From: Vicinamibacterales bacterium
Lineage (GTDB): Bacteria; Acidobacteriota; Vicinamibacteria; Vicinamibacterales; Vicinamibacteraceae
Reading direction: 5' to 3'
Assembly (NCBI GenBank): GCA_963816265.1
Contig: CAWFJQ010000003.1
Location: forward strand, 1,681,620-1,745,619
DNA length: 64,000 nt
Shown: one piece after another, positions 1-10,985 of the stretch
How positions within the stretch are numbered: the stretch's first letter is position 1
Layout of the letters: each line of letters begins with the position of its first letter
The notes under the pieces: generated by a model
The model's input: the letters and a program-made list of their open reading frames with translations, nothing else
Told to the model about the DNA's origin: nothing
The model's database searches: none
Made by a program: the position numbers and the translations under genes

Positions 1-933
1 CCGGCAGGCTGCACGAGCCGGCCGTGCTCGAACGACAGGTCGCGGCGCATGCTGGCCGACGCGCGCTCGCGGGCGCTCGTGACCAACTTCGCCGCGCAGT
101 GGCTGCACCTGCGCAATCTCGCGTCGATCACGCCGGACATGCGGCTGTTCCCGGACTTCGACGACAACCTGCGCCAGGCGTTCCGCCAGGAGACCGAGCT
201 CTTCGTCGAGAGCGTCCTGCGCGAGGATCGGAGCGTGCTCGACCTGCTGCGCGCCGAACTACACGTTCGTCAACGAACGGCTGGCCAAGCACTACGGCAT
301 CCCGCACGTCTACGGCAGCCACTTCCGGCGCGTCGCGCTCGACGAGCGACAGCCAGCGCGGCGGGCTGCTGCGCCAGGGCAGCATCCTGACGGTCACCTC
401 GTATGCGACGCGGACCTCGCCGGTCGCTTCGCGGCAAGTGGGTCCTCGACAACCTGCTCGGCGTGCCGCCGCCGCCGCCGCTGCCCGACGTGCCGACGCT
501 CAAGGACAACACCGTCGACGGCAGCCTCTCCGTCCGCAAGCGGCTGGCCGAGCACCGGAGCAACGCGGTCTGCGCCGGCTGTCACAACCTGATGGACCCG
601 ATTGGCCTGTCGCTCGAGAAGTTCGACGCGGTCGGACGCCGGCGCACGGTCGAGGACGGCGTGCCGATCGACGCGTCCGGAGGTCTTCCCGACGGCAGCC
701 GGTTCGCCGACGTCGACGGCCTCGAAGCGGCGCTGCTGCGGCGGCCGGAACTGTTCGTCGGCGCGTTCGCCGAGAAGCTCCTGACCTACGCCTCGGGACG
801 AGGCGTCGAGTACTACGATGCGCCCGCGGTCCGCACGATCGTCCGCGACGCGCGGGCGCAGGATTTCCGCATCTCGTCGATCGTCCTCGGAGTCGTCAAG
901 AGCCAGCCGTTTCAGATGAGGATGTCACGATGA
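1..933 (+). pseudogene. DUF1588/DUF1592-family (PSD1-like) protein, 3' part. The 5' end lies outside the window and the frame is broken about 3 times.
   Basis: The protein has to be read across three frames. Pieces in order: NFAAQWLHLRNL..FRQETELFVESVLREDRSVLDLL (49..); YTFVNERLAKHYGIPHVYGSHFRRV; GGLLRQGSILTVTSYATRTSPV; RGKWVLDNLLGVPPPPPLPDVP..CAGCHNLMDPIGLSLEKFDAVG (403..933). Shifts lie near 258, 350 and 425. The stop TGA at 931-933 overlaps the next ATG. Confidence 0.7.
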
Positions 934-2278
934 TCATCACCAGGAAGGCATTGCCGCGCCGGACGTTCCTGCGCGGGCCTGGGCGCGAGCGTCGCGCTGC
1001 CGCTGCTCGACGCCATGGTGCCGTCGATGACGGCCCTGGCGAAGACGCGCGGCCGATCCGGTGCGCCGCCTGGGCTTCGTCTACATGCCGATGGGCTGCG
1101 ACCTCCCGCGCTGGACGCCGCCGGGCGAGGGCCGGCTGACGGAGCTGTCGCCGACGCTGCAGTCGCTCGCGCCGGTCGTCGACCAGCTCACGGTCATCAG
1201 CAACCTGGAGCTGAAGAACGCCTATCCCGGCACGCACGCCACGTCCAACGCCGTCGTTCCTGAGCGCGGCCAAGGCGAAGTGGACCGAGAGCACCGACTA
1301 CTACCTGGGCACGACGGTCGATCAGGTCGCCGCGCAAGCAGATCGGCCAGCAGACGCTGCTGCCGTCGCTCGAGCTGTCGATGGACCTGCTCCAGACGGT
1401 CGGCCAGTGCGACAACGGCTACGCCTGCGTCTATCAGAACAACCTCTCGTGGTCGTCGCCGACCACGCCGCTGCCCGCCGAGGCGCATCCGCGCATCGTC
1501 TTCGAGCGCCTGTTCGGCGAGGGCGGCAGCGCGGCCGATCGCCGCGCGGCGCTGCAGCGACGGGCCAGCCTGCTCGATTCGGTGCGCGACGACATCACGC
1601 GCCTGCAGACGAAGCTCGGGCCCGAGGATCGCAGCCGCGTCGGCCAGTATCTCGAGACCGTCCGCGAAGTGGAGCGCCGCATCCAGAAGGCCGAGGCCGA
1701 GCACGGCGGACGCAGCCGCTGCCGGATCTCGATCGGCCGGTCGGCGTGCCGGCCGCCTACGCCGACCACGCGCGGCTGATGTTCGACCTGCAGGTGCTGG
1801 CGCATGCAGGGCGACGTCACCCGGGTCATCACCTTCCAGCTCGCGCGCGAGACGAGCAACCGCACCTACCCCGAGATCGGCGTGCCCGATCCGCATCACC
1901 CGCTCACGCATCACGGCAACGATCCGGACAAGATCGCGCAGGATGGCGCAAGATCAACGCCTTCCACGTGTCGCTGTTCGCCTACTTCCTCGAGAAGCTG
2001 AAGGCGACGCCGGAGGGCGACGGATCGCTGCTGGACCACGCGCTCTATCCTCTACGGCAGCGGCATGGGCAATCCCAACGTGCACGACCACGTGAACCTG
2101 CCGATTCTCGTCGCCGGCGGCGCCGCGGGCCGGCAGTCAAGGGCGGCGCGCCACATCCGGTATGCCGAGCCGACGCCGCTGGCCAACCTGCACCTGACGC
2201 TGCTCGAGCGGGTGGGCGTGCGGCTGGACGCGTTCGCCGACAGCAAGGGCAGGGTCGACGAGCTGCTGCGCTCTATGA
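930..2278 (+). pseudogene. DUF1552-family protein with a Tat-like leader; multiple frameshifts.
   Basis: Starts MIITRKALPRRTFLRG at ATG 930 (ATGA overlap). Later pieces lie in different frames: RRLGFVYMPMGCD..LTVISNLELKNAYPGTHATSNA; MDLLQTVGQCDNGYACVYQNNLSWSSPTTPLP..; VITFQLARETSNRTYPEIGVPDPHHPLTHHGNDPDKI; INAFHVSLFAYFLEKLKATPEGDGSLLDHAL; GNPNVHDHVNLPILVAGG..LANLHLTLLERVGV. The end is assumed to be TGA 2276-2278, which overlaps ATG 2275. Confidence 0.7.
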
Positions 2279-3804
2279 GGACCATGACCGACCGCGATCG
2301 CTTGCCGTGCTCGCTGTCGCTGCTGCTGCTGACGGCTGGCCGCGCGTGCGCGCCGCGGTCCGAGCGCGCCGCTGGCGGATGCCGCGGAGCGAAGGACCGA
2401 TCGCGCCAGGGTGCGCGCGCTCGCTGGCACAGCGTCGCCGATGTGAACGCGCCGCAGGCCGACGGCATGACGGCGCTGCACTGGGCGACGCTATCACGAC
2501 GATCGCGAGATGGCGGCGCTGCTGCTGCGCGCCGGCGCCAACGTGAAGGCGGCGAACCGGTACGGCGTGACGCCGCTCTCGCTGGCCTGCACCAATGGCA
2601 ACGCCGCGATGGTCGAGCTGCTGCTCGAAGGCCGGGGCCGATCCGAACGCACGCCTTGCCCGGCGGCGAGACGCCGCTGATGACGGCCGCGCGCACCGGC
2701 AGCGCTCGCCGTCGGTGAAGGCGCTGCTCGTCGCGCGGCGCCGAGCGTCGACGCCAAGGACGACGCGCGCGGCCAGACGGCGCTGATGTGGGCGGCGGCC
2801 GAAGGCCACGCCGCCGTCGTGCAGGCGCTCATCGAGGCCGGCGCCGATGTCCGCGGCGCGCCTGCCTCCGGCTTCACGCCGCTGCTGTTCGCGGTGCGGG
2901 AAGGGCGCCTCGACGTCGTGCGCGTGCTGCTCGAGGCCGGCGCCGACGTCAACGAGACCGGTCGCGGTCGAGCCGGACGGCGCCGCGGCTATGGCGGTCC
3001 GGCTGCCGCGCGGCCGGCGCCAGCGCCGCTGCTCGCTGGCGGTGAAGAACGCGCACTTCGAGCTGGCGGCCGCGCTGCTCGACGCCGGCGCCAATCCGAA
3101 CGCCGACCTGACCGGCTACACGGCGCTCCACGCGATCACGGTCGGTCCGCAAGCCCGGCGTCGGCGACAACGATCCGGCCCCCGAAGGCTCCGGCACGAT
3201 GACCAGCCTCGAGCTCGTGAAGAAGCTCGTCGCGCACGGCGCGAACGTGAACGCGCAGGATGACCAGGAAGGTGAACCTGAACAACACCCGCGCGAACGA
3301 GATCGGCGCGACGCCGTTCTTCCTGGCCGCGCTGACCGCGGACGCCGAGCTGATGACGACGCTGGCGGCGCTCGGGCGCCGATCCGACGCTCGGCGAACG
3401 TCGAGAACAGCACGCCGCTGATGATGGCCGCCGGCCTGGCGACGCGTTCTCCCGGCGAGGACGCCGGCACCGAAGAGTGAAGTGCTCGAGGCCGTGCAGG
3501 TCGCTGCTTGACGCTCGGCGCCGACGTGAACGCGGTCGACAACAACGGCGAGACCGCGATGCACGCCGCCGCCTACAAGAACCTGCCGAAGGTCGTGAAG
3601 TTCCTCGCCGCCAAAGGCGCCCGGATCGACGTCTGGAATCGGCCGGACAAGTTCGGCTGGACGCCGCTCGCGATCGCCGTCGGCTACCGGTTCGGCAACT
3701 TCAAGCCGTCGCCGGAAACCGAGGCCGCCATGCGCGAAGTGATGATCGCGGCCGGCGTCACGCCGCCGAAGACCGTCGTCGCGAAGACGCAGCAGATCTA
3801 TTGA
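2275..3804 (+). pseudogene. Ankyrin-repeat protein with a signal-like N-terminus; several frameshifts.
   Basis: Repeated ANK motifs are spread over three frames: DVNAPQADGMTALHWAT; RYGVTPLSLACTNGNAAMVELLL; GQTALMWAAAEGHAAVVQALIEAGADV; SGFTPLLFAVREGRLDVVRVLLEAGADVN; GYTALHAI; LVKKLVAHGANVNA; GADVNAVDNNGETAMHAAAYKNLPKVVKFLAAKGA. Stop at 3802-3804. Confidence 0.7.
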
Positions 3805-3834
3805 CCGCGGGCAGCAGGCTACACTGACGCCCGG

Positions 3835-5116
3835 ATGAAGCGCCTCACGGGACATCTCTACTTCTGGGTGCTGCTGGCGATCCTTGCGGGCGGCGTGCTC
3901 GGCTATGTGGATCCGGCCACTGCGGTCACGCTCAAGCCCCTCGGCGACGGGTTCATCTCCCTCGTCAAGGTCCTGATCGGCCCGATCATCTTCTGCACCG
4001 TCGTGCTCGGCATCGCCGGGGCCGGCGACATGAAGAAGGTCGGCCGCGTCGGCGCCAAGGCGCTGCTCTACTTCGAGGTCGTATCGACCGTCGCGCTGCT
4101 GATCGGCCTGGTCGTCGTCAACACGCTCCGGCCCGGCGCCGGCTTCAACGCCGATCCCTCGACCCTCAACGCCACCGCCGTCGCCGACTACGCGAAACGC
4201 GCCACCAACCAGAGCACGACGGACTTCATCCTCAGCATCATTCCGACGACGTTCCTCGACGCCTTCACCGGGTCCGGCAACCTGCTGCAGGTGCTCTTCG
4301 TGGCGATCCTGTTCGGCTACGCCCTGACCCGGATGGGCGCCAACGGACGGGCCGTGCACCAGTTCATCGAGGAGTGCTCGCACATCTTCTTCGCGATGAT
4401 GAACGTGATGATGAAGCTGGCGCCGATCGGCGCCGGCGGCGCCATGGCCTTCACCATCGGGCGCTACGGTATCGAGGCACTGCGCCCCCTGGCGTTTCTG
4501 ATGGCCAGCTTCTACCTGACCTGCGCGATCTTCATCGTGCTGGTGCTCGGGGCGATCGCGGCCCTCGCCGGCTTCAACATCCTGCGCTTCATCGCTTACA
4601 TCAAGGACGAGCTGCTGACGGTCCTGGGGACGTCCTCGTCGGAATCGGCGCTCGTGCCGCTGATGCAGAAGCTGGAGCGGCTCGGGTGCTCCAGATCGGT
4701 CGTCGGCCTGGTCGGTACCGGCCGGCTATTCGTTCAATCTGGACGGGACGAACATCTACCTCACGATGGCGGCGATGTTCGTGGCGCAGGCGCTCAATGT
4801 CGACCTGACCATCCGCGATCAGGTGGCCGTCCTCGCCGTCGCCATGCTGACGTCGAAGGGCGCGTCCGGCGTCACCGGAGCGGGTTTCGTCACGCTCGCC
4901 GCCACGCTGGCGGTCGTCCCGTCGATTCCGGTGGCCGGCCTGGCCCTCATCCTCGGGATCGACCGGTTCATGTCGGAGGCACGGTCGGTCACGAACTTCA
5001 TCGGCAACGGCGTCGCGGCGATCGTCGTCGCGCGGTGGGAGAACGAGCTCGACGTGCCGCGGATGACCGCCGAACTCAGGGGACACGCGCTGGCGCAGCC
5101 ACCCGTGCCTCGATAG
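3835..5116 (+). CDS. dctA: C4-dicarboxylate transporter DctA (sodium:dicarboxylate symporter family); one apparent 1-nt indel near 4710-4720.
   Basis: The 3835 frame reads [61 protein letters not shown]. The expected [27 protein letters not shown]..[17 protein letters not shown] continues in the 4766..5116 frame. Confidence 0.85.
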
Positions 5117-5318
5117 CAACGGGGCCGCTCACCGAACGCTCACCCAATGGTCACGGTCCAGTGAAGACCTCGGTGGGCTCACGCCCGGCGGCTGGCGCGG
5201 GCCCTGGTCGCCTCAGGCGCCACGACGACCTACGCCCTCGGCTGGACCGTCGCGACCGCGCGGCTCGCCGGCGCACCGGTGCGGGTCGTCAGCCACCGGG
5301 GTAGCCCGGCAGGCGGCC

Positions 5319-5484
5319 CTAGCAGCCCGTGGTGAAAGTGCCGCTGCATTCGACGGGCGATGCATCCCGGCGTTCGGCGTTGCTCGTCGTTCGAATATGG
5401 CCGATATTCTCGCTCCTCGCGCCTGGATCGCCGGGCGCCTCGCCCGTCTCGGTGCGACGCGGCACTTCCACCACGGGCTGCTAG
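5319..5484. repeat. 166-bp nested-palindrome repeat element, copy E3 (core in reverse orientation relative to E1 and E2).
   Basis: The terminal arms are CTAGCAGCCCGTGGTGAAAGTGCCGC (5319-5344) and GCGGCACTTCCACCACGGGCTGCTAG (5459-5484). They are complementary with 1 mismatch. The core aligns with the elements at 38032 and 56597. It sits between the convergent dctA and NMO genes. Confidence 0.8.
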
Positions 5485-5499
5485 CCGCCTTGGCTGGTC

Positions 5500-6918
5500 T
5501 CAGGCGCTCAGCAGCGTGGCGATCACGTCGGCGGCCGAGTAGCGGGTGGTGTCACCGGCCATGAACCGCGTCAGGCTCGTCACATCGTCCCCGGCGGTGA
5601 TGATCCCCGGCTCGCGATCGGCGCCGCGCACCTGGCCCAGTCCGATGTTGGCGACCAGCGCGTTGCAGATGCACTTGCGCCCGACGGTGTCCTCGACCAG
5701 GCCGCCCTTGCCGAGGTAGACGCTGACCGGCTCGGCGGCGCACCGGAATCCGATTGCCCCGTCGTCGCGGCGGTAGGCCTCGCGGAGATAGCCGAGATCG
5801 CAGACGCGCGTCCGCGCCTGGTAGATGGCCGGATCCGACAGCGTGCCGGCCAGCCCGGCGACCTTGAACGGAAACGACGTCGGCGACGCGAGCGGGTCGG
5901 TGTGGACGCGCGCCTCGCCGGCGCGGACCTGGGCCAGGAGGGCGTCCTTGTAGTCGGCGCGCAACCCGGACTCGTCGCAGAGCGCGAACGCCGTGCCCAC
6001 CTGGACGCCGGCGGCGCCCGCGGCCCGGGCGGCCTCGAGCATCGTGGCGCTGCCGTAGCCGCCGGCCAGCCAGAAGGGCCGCCCGAGCGCTCGCATCGCC
6101 TCGAGATCGACCACGTCGCGTTCGCCGTAGATCGGCTCGCCCGCGTCATTGAGCTGGCGCTTGCCGCGAGGCGGGGCGTTGTGGCCGCCGGCCGTCGGCC
6201 CTTCGACCACGAAGCCGTCGATGATGCCGTTGGCCCGCTTGAGCAGCGCCGCCGCCAGCACGTGCGAGGAGACGATGGCGATGAACGCCGGCCGCCCGAG
6301 CGGCGGGATGTCGATGTCGACGAAGTCGCGTGGGTTGAAGGTGAGCGACGCGGCGGCCCGGTCCTTGTCTCCGACGACCGCGACCGGGTAGCTGGCCGGC
6401 GCGTGCTGGGCGAGTTGCTCGAGCACGCCCGGGATCCGCGCGGGAATGCCGGCGCCCATCAGGACGTAGTCAACCCCGGCCAGCATGGCGCCGTAGATGG
6501 ACGGGAGATGCGGCAGCTGGATCTTCTCCAGATAGTTGATGCCGACCGGCTGGGCGTGCCCCTCGCGCGCGAGCAGCACCTCGACGAAATTGGCGGCGAG
6601 GCAGAGCTCGACGAGCTCCCGCGGCGGCTGCATCTGGTGGAGCGGAGGCGTCTTGAACGGCCGGCCCGGGTCCTTGCCGCCGGGGGCGTGGTCCTGCTGC
6701 CAGATGCGGTCCGCGATGTCCGGAACCGGGAAGCGGTCGAGGCCCCGCCGCACGTGCCCGCCGGGGTCCCCCATCTGCAGGCGTCGCGTCAGGATGACGT
6801 CGAGCGCCGTGCCGGAGACGACACCGAGCTGCCCCTGCGAGGAGACGGCGCGCGCCAGGCGCCAGTCGGACACGCCGGCGCCCATGCCGCCCTGGATGAT
6901 CGTCGGAACGTGATGCAT
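5500..6918 (-). CDS. Nitronate monooxygenase / 2-nitropropane dioxygenase-like FMN enzyme (NMO family).
   Basis: Intact 472-aa ORF. Reads MHHVPTIIQGGMGAGVS..FVVEGPTAGGHN..WLAGGYGS..GAAGVQVGTAF, which are typical NMO TIM-barrel motifs. Confidence 0.8.
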   Translation of the reverse strand: MHHVPTIIQGGMGAGVSDWRLARAVSSQGQLGVVSGTALDVILTRRLQMGDPGGHVRRGLDRFPVPDIADRIWQQDHAPGGKDPGRPFKTPPLHQMQPPRELVELCLAANFVEVLLAREGHAQPVGINYLEKIQLPHLPSIYGAMLAGVDYVLMGAGIPARIPGVLEQLAQHAPASYPVAVVGDKDRAAASLTFNPRDFVDIDIPPLGRPAFIAIVSSHVLAAALLKRANGIIDGFVVEGPTAGGHNAPPRGKRQLNDAGEPIYGERDVVDLEAMRALGRPFWLAGGYGSATMLEAARAAGAAGVQVGTAFALCDESGLRADYKDALLAQVRAGEARVHTDPLASPTSFPFKVAGLAGTLSDPAIYQARTRVCDLGYLREAYRRDDGAIGFRCAAEPVSVYLGKGGLVEDTVGRKCICNALVANIGLGQVRGADREPGIITAGDDVTSLTRFMAGDTTRYSAADVIATLLSA

Positions 6919-6933
6919 GATCGCGACGAACCC

Positions 6934-6949
6934 AGCAAGAGTGCGGCCA
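6934..6949 (-). promoter_or_regulatory. Sigma-54 (-24/-12) promoter candidate upstream of the NMO-like gene.
   Basis: The reverse complement reads TGGCCGCACTCTTGCT against the consensus TGGCACG-N4-TTGCW, with correct GG/GC spacing. It is intergenic. The -12 GC is only 17 nt from ATG 6918, which leaves a very short leader. Confidence 0.35.
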
Positions 6950-7063
6950 ATGGGCGCGGGGCGGGAATCCCGAACACCTCGACGGCGGTCCGCAGGCCTG
7001 CCGCCGAACGCGGGGACTATCTCCGCATGACGCGGGAAATTCCCCTTCGCCGAGCCCCGCTCC

Positions 7064-9190
7064 TCAGTGCTCGGCCCGGCGCAGGGTCGACCGGATCCGG
7101 GCCAGGAACCGGTCGCCTTCGAGCGGCTTGCGGACGTAGTCGTTGGCTCCGGCGTCGAGCGACTGCACCTCCGTCTCGTCGCCCGCCGCCCCGGTGACGA
7201 CGACGACCGGCAGCAGACTGGTCGCGACGCGACCGCGCAGGCGGCGCAACACCTCGAGGCCGTCGATCCCCGGCATCGCCAGGTCGAGGACGATCAGCGA
7301 GACTGGCGGGCCGGACTCGACGCGGGCCAGCGCCTCGAGGCCGTCGGCAGCTTCCGAGACACGCATCCCCTGGCTGCGGAGCAGCGCCGCCGCCAACGCG
7401 CGCGACACGGGGTCGTCGTCCACCACCAGGATGTGCGCGGCGCTCTCCGGCTCGGCCGCCGGCGCATCCGCCTCGCCGAGCTCGCGGTCGATCTCCTCGA
7501 GGGTCGTCTCACCGGCCCGGACACGGGCCGCCGCCGCTTCGTGCAGCGACCGCATCCCGCCGGCGATTGCGGCGGCCTGCAGCGGCGACGCCGGCGCGCC
7601 GCCGATGATGGCGAGTTCCAGCGCCGGGCTCGCGACCATCACCTCGAGCAGCGGGATCCGGCCGTGGTAGCCGGTGTGGCTGCACGCCGCGCAGCCGATC
7701 GCCCGCACCACCGGCTCGACCCCGTAGCGCAAGGCGAGCCGCTGTTCGACCGGCGTCGCCGCGCCGCTGATCCGTTGGGCGCAGCGGGGGCAGATGCGGC
7801 GCACGAGCCGCTGCGCCGTCGCGCCGCGCAGCGTGCTGGCGATCTCGCCGCGCTCGACGCCGAGATCGGCGAGGCGGCCGACCGCGCCGACGGCGTCGTT
7901 GGTGTGCAGCGAGGCGAGCACGAGATGGCCGGTCAGGCTGGCCTGCACCGCGATGGCGGCGGTCTCGGCGTCGCGGATCTCGCCGATGAAGATGACGTCG
8001 GGATCCTGCCGCAGGATGGATCGCAACGCGGTGACGAAGGTGACGTCGCGCTTCGGCTCGACCTGGATCTGGGTCAGGCCGGGCAGCTCGTACTCGACCG
8101 GATCCTCGACCGTCATCACGTTCAGCTCGCCGGCCGGCATCTCGCGCAACGCCGCGTACAACAGCGTCGTCTTGCCGGATCCGGTCGGTCCGGTGACCAG
8201 CACGATGCCGTCGCGGTGGCCGAGCAGCGTCCGCAGCGGCGCCACCTCGCAGCTTTCGAGCGACAGGTCCTCGAGGCGCCGCGCGTTGCCCGGATCGAGC
8301 AGCCGGATGACCGCCTTCTCGGACTCGCGCGTCGGCACGGTCGACAGCCGCAGATCGATCGAGCGCTCGTCGATCCGGATGCGGGCCCGGCCGTCCTGCG
8401 GCCGCAGCCGGTCGGCGATGTCCATCTTGCCGATGATCTTGATGCGCGAGACGACCCGGTTCAGGATCGGCAGCGACAGCCGGGTGTAGGGCTGGAGCAC
8501 GCCGTCGACGCGAAACCGTACCCGGCCGCCGTCGCGGTCGGGTTCGATGTGGACGTCGCTGGCGCGCGCGTGGACCGCGTCGCGCAGGATCAGGCTGGTC
8601 AGGCGCATGATCGGCGCCGACTCGGCCTCGCGCGCGGCGACCGGCGCCGGGCCCGACTCCGTCTCGATGTGGACCGCCGACGCCAGACCCGCGCCGACGC
8701 TGCCGAGCAGCCGCTCGATGGCGCGGTCGGGCGCATAGTGAGCGTCGATCAGCTCCTGGATCGCGTCCGGCGGCGCCACCTCCAGCACCGGCCGCCGCCC
8801 AGTCACGAAGCCGACCAGGTGCTCGCCTTCGATGTCGAGCGGATCGGCCGCGGCGACGACGATCTCGTGGTCGCTCTCACGCAGGCCGATGAGGTGCCGC
8901 GCCCGCGCCAGCTTCTCGGGGATGAGGGCCACGGCCCGGGCCTGGATGGTGGCCAGGTCGGCGAGCCCAACATGGCGGCTGGCGGCGACCGCGGCGGCCG
9001 GCAGGGCCGGCGACACGCCGGCGGCCCGGGCGATCGTCCGCCACTGGTCGACGATGGTCGCGGCGGCCTCGAGCAGCGGCGCGTCACCGGTGAGAAGCCC
9101 GCTCTCGCGGGCGACCTCGAGCAGCCAGGGGGTGAGGTGGGCGTCGCGGGTCGGGTGGGCGGCGAGATCGTCGAGCGGGGATGTCGGCAT
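7064..9190 (-). CDS. GspE/PilB-family secretion ATPase fused to a C-terminal response-regulator receiver domain.
   Basis: Intact 708-aa ORF with these parts: a T2SSE N-domain; Walker A GPTGSGKTT; Asp box DPDVIFIGEIRD; LASLHTN; a tetracysteine CPRC..CAAC; then a REC domain (ILVVDDD..LIVLDLAMPGIDG..DYVRKP). Confidence 0.85.
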   Translation of the reverse strand: MPTSPLDDLAAHPTRDAHLTPWLLEVARESGLLTGDAPLLEAAATIVDQWRTIARAAGVSPALPAAAVAASRHVGLADLATIQARAVALIPEKLARARHLIGLRESDHEIVVAAADPLDIEGEHLVGFVTGRRPVLEVAPPDAIQELIDAHYAPDRAIERLLGSVGAGLASAVHIETESGPAPVAAREAESAPIMRLTSLILRDAVHARASDVHIEPDRDGGRVRFRVDGVLQPYTRLSLPILNRVVSRIKIIGKMDIADRLRPQDGRARIRIDERSIDLRLSTVPTRESEKAVIRLLDPGNARRLEDLSLESCEVAPLRTLLGHRDGIVLVTGPTGSGKTTLLYAALREMPAGELNVMTVEDPVEYELPGLTQIQVEPKRDVTFVTALRSILRQDPDVIFIGEIRDAETAAIAVQASLTGHLVLASLHTNDAVGAVGRLADLGVERGEIASTLRGATAQRLVRRICPRCAQRISGAATPVEQRLALRYGVEPVVRAIGCAACSHTGYHGRIPLLEVMVASPALELAIIGGAPASPLQAAAIAGGMRSLHEAAAARVRAGETTLEEIDRELGEADAPAAEPESAAHILVVDDDPVSRALAAALLRSQGMRVSEAADGLEALARVESGPPVSLIVLDLAMPGIDGLEVLRRLRGRVATSLLPVVVVTGAAGDETEVQSLDAGANDYVRKPLEGDRFLARIRSTLRRAEH

Positions 9191-9214
9191 GGGGAGCTCT
9201 CCGCCCGATCAGAG

Positions 9215-9230
9215 GGCAAGCTCCGTACCC
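9215..9230 (-). promoter_or_regulatory. Sigma-54 promoter candidate upstream of the GspE-REC gene.
   Basis: The reverse complement reads GGGTACGGAGCTTGCC, with correct GG/GC spacing. The -12 GC lies 26 nt from ATG 9190, with the SD GGAGAG in between. Confidence 0.4.
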
Positions 9231-9297
9231 ACGGGCGGCGCGTCCAGGCCGGCAGCCGTCGACCTGCGGCTGCATGAAACGGCTCGCGATTGGGTGG

Positions 9298-9669
9298 TCA
9301 GTCCGGCGGGAAGTTTTCGCTCCGCTGCGGGATTGTCCGCTCGGCGTCCCGCAGCATGATCAGGAGCATCCGCGACGCCTCCGGGGCGAGCACCGCGTGC
9401 GGCACGTTGGCGGGCATCAGCACGATCGTCTGCGGCGCTGTCCGCACCTCGACGCCGCCAATGGTCAGCGTCAGCGCGCCGGACAACGTCAGCGCCAGCG
9501 CGTCGAACGGCGCCGTGTGCTCCGAGAGCTCCTCGCCGGCATCGAACGCGAACAGCGTGATGTTGCCGGCCGCGGTGCGCGCCAGCACCCGGCTCGCGAT
9601 CCCCTGGGCGGTCGGCGTGACCAGTGACTCCAGCGTGAACAATTCTCCGGCCGGCAGCGTGCTTGCCAT
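9298..9669 (-). CDS. Cupin-domain protein.
   Basis: Start ATG 9669 is preceded by GGGGGAG. Reads MASTLPAGELFTLESL..ITLFAFDAGEELSEHTAPFDALALTLSGAL..VLMPANVPHAV. The upstream part of the 9298..9963 track ORF looks non-coding. Confidence 0.75.
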   Translation of the reverse strand: MASTLPAGELFTLESLVTPTAQGIASRVLARTAAGNITLFAFDAGEELSEHTAPFDALALTLSGALTLTIGGVEVRTAPQTIVLMPANVPHAVLAPEASRMLLIMLRDAERTIPQRSENFPPD

Positions 9670-9933
9670 GGTTACTCCCCCACCGCAGCACCGGCAGGCG
9701 TCCGATGATCGTCGAAGCTGTCCATGGTGAGGGCCCAGTCTGACGCCAGACGATGCGGTGTCAAGCGAAGAGTGATTCGCGCACCCGCTCAGGACAAGCG
9801 ACGCTGCGCCAGACGTGACGGATTCTCCGCCGTTCCGCAGGAATCCCCGGCCCTGAGGAATCTTCCGCGCGACGCGCCGACCGAGCCGTGGGCCGCGCTG
9901 GCTCGGCACGCCCGGGAGCGTCACCCCCGCGCA

Positions 9934-9949
9934 AGGCACGTCGCTTGCA
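9934..9949 (+). promoter_or_regulatory. Sigma-54 promoter candidate upstream of the lipoprotein-ubiB pair.
   Basis: Reads AGGCACGTCGCTTGCA. Its 15-mer GGCACGTCGCTTGCA is identical to the promoter upstream of the HPF-like gene at 47076-47091. It is intergenic and in the right orientation. Confidence 0.65.
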
Positions 9950-9961
9950 GCCGACCTCGCC

Positions 9962-10985
9962 ATGCTACGCCGCCAGGCTGGATGCGTCGGCCGTCGAATG
10001 CGGCGGGACCTTCACCACGGGCTCCTGGGCCTCGCGGCGATCGCGATGGCCGGCTGCCAGCCCAGCCCTGAACGGGCCGCGACGGGCGGTCGCGCCCACC
10101 AGCCCGTCATCCGCCACAGTGACGTCCGGCCGTGCCGGCGCCGAGGCCACGCCGGCAGCCACCGCTCGCCCGGTCCCACTGCCGCCGGCCGGAGGCTCGG
10201 CGTTCGGCGACCGCATCGCGTTCCCACCGCGCAACGAGCCGTTCCAGTTCCGGCAGGCGCTCGAGGAGAAATACCGGTTCGGCCTGGGACGCGGGCCGAC
10301 GGCGACCTTCGTCGACGTCGAGGGGGACATCGTCTGGACGCAGGAGTACCTGCGCTATCGCGTCAACGGCTGCGACCACGACACCGCCGCGGCACGCGTC
10401 TTCAGCCAGATCCGCAGCGGCGCCATCGCCCCGACGTGCGGCGAGGCCCCGGAGGGGATGGTCGCCTTTCCACCGCGCAACGAACCGTTCGCGTTTCGCG
10501 TCGAGCTCGAAGCGTTCTACCGCGACGCGCTCCAGCGAGGCCTGACGTCGACCTTCGTCGACATCGAGGGCGACATCGTGTGGACCCAGGAATACCTGCG
10601 CTACCGGGTCAATGGCTGCGAGCACGTGCAGGCGACGGTCAACGTCCTGCGCCAGATCGACGGCGGCGGCATCGCGCCGATCTGCGCCGGCGTCCTGAAC
10701 GGCGTCTGGAACGGGGTGATGCTCGACTACCCGGGCGGGCGCACGTTCCGGATGGAGCTGTCGATGATCGGCGATCGCGTCACCGGCCGGATCACCGGCG
10801 ACGGCACCGGCGGCGGCGGCTTCATGACCGGGACGTATCCGGGCAGCGGACCGGTCCACCTCGAGGCCGACTTCGGCGACGGCAAGCAGTACTTCGACGG
10901 GGACTTCGACGGCGCGCAGAAGATCCGGGGCACGACGACCTACAACCTTCGGCCGCCCCGCTACCGCTTCGAGATGACGCGATGA
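9962..10985 (+). CDS. Putative lipoprotein with two tandem 82-aa modules and a C-terminal Gly-rich domain; one apparent frameshift near 10060-10110.
   Basis: The frame of ATG 9962/9998 gives the lipobox leader MRRDLHHGLLGLAAIAMAGC. The body is in the 9888 frame: FPPRNEPFQFRQALEEKYRF..VDVEGDIVWTQEYLRYRVNGCDH.., repeated as FPPRNEPFAFRVELEAFYRD..VDIEGDIVWTQEYLRYRVNGCEH... The stop overlaps the ubiB ATG. Confidence 0.65.
10221..10712 (+). repeat. Intragenic tandem duplication, 2 x about 246 bp, inside the lipoprotein gene.
   Basis: TTCCCACCGCGCAACGAGCCG.. at 10221 recurs as TTTCCACCGCGCAACGAACCG.. at 10467. The protein modules are clearly homologous. Confidence 0.75.
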
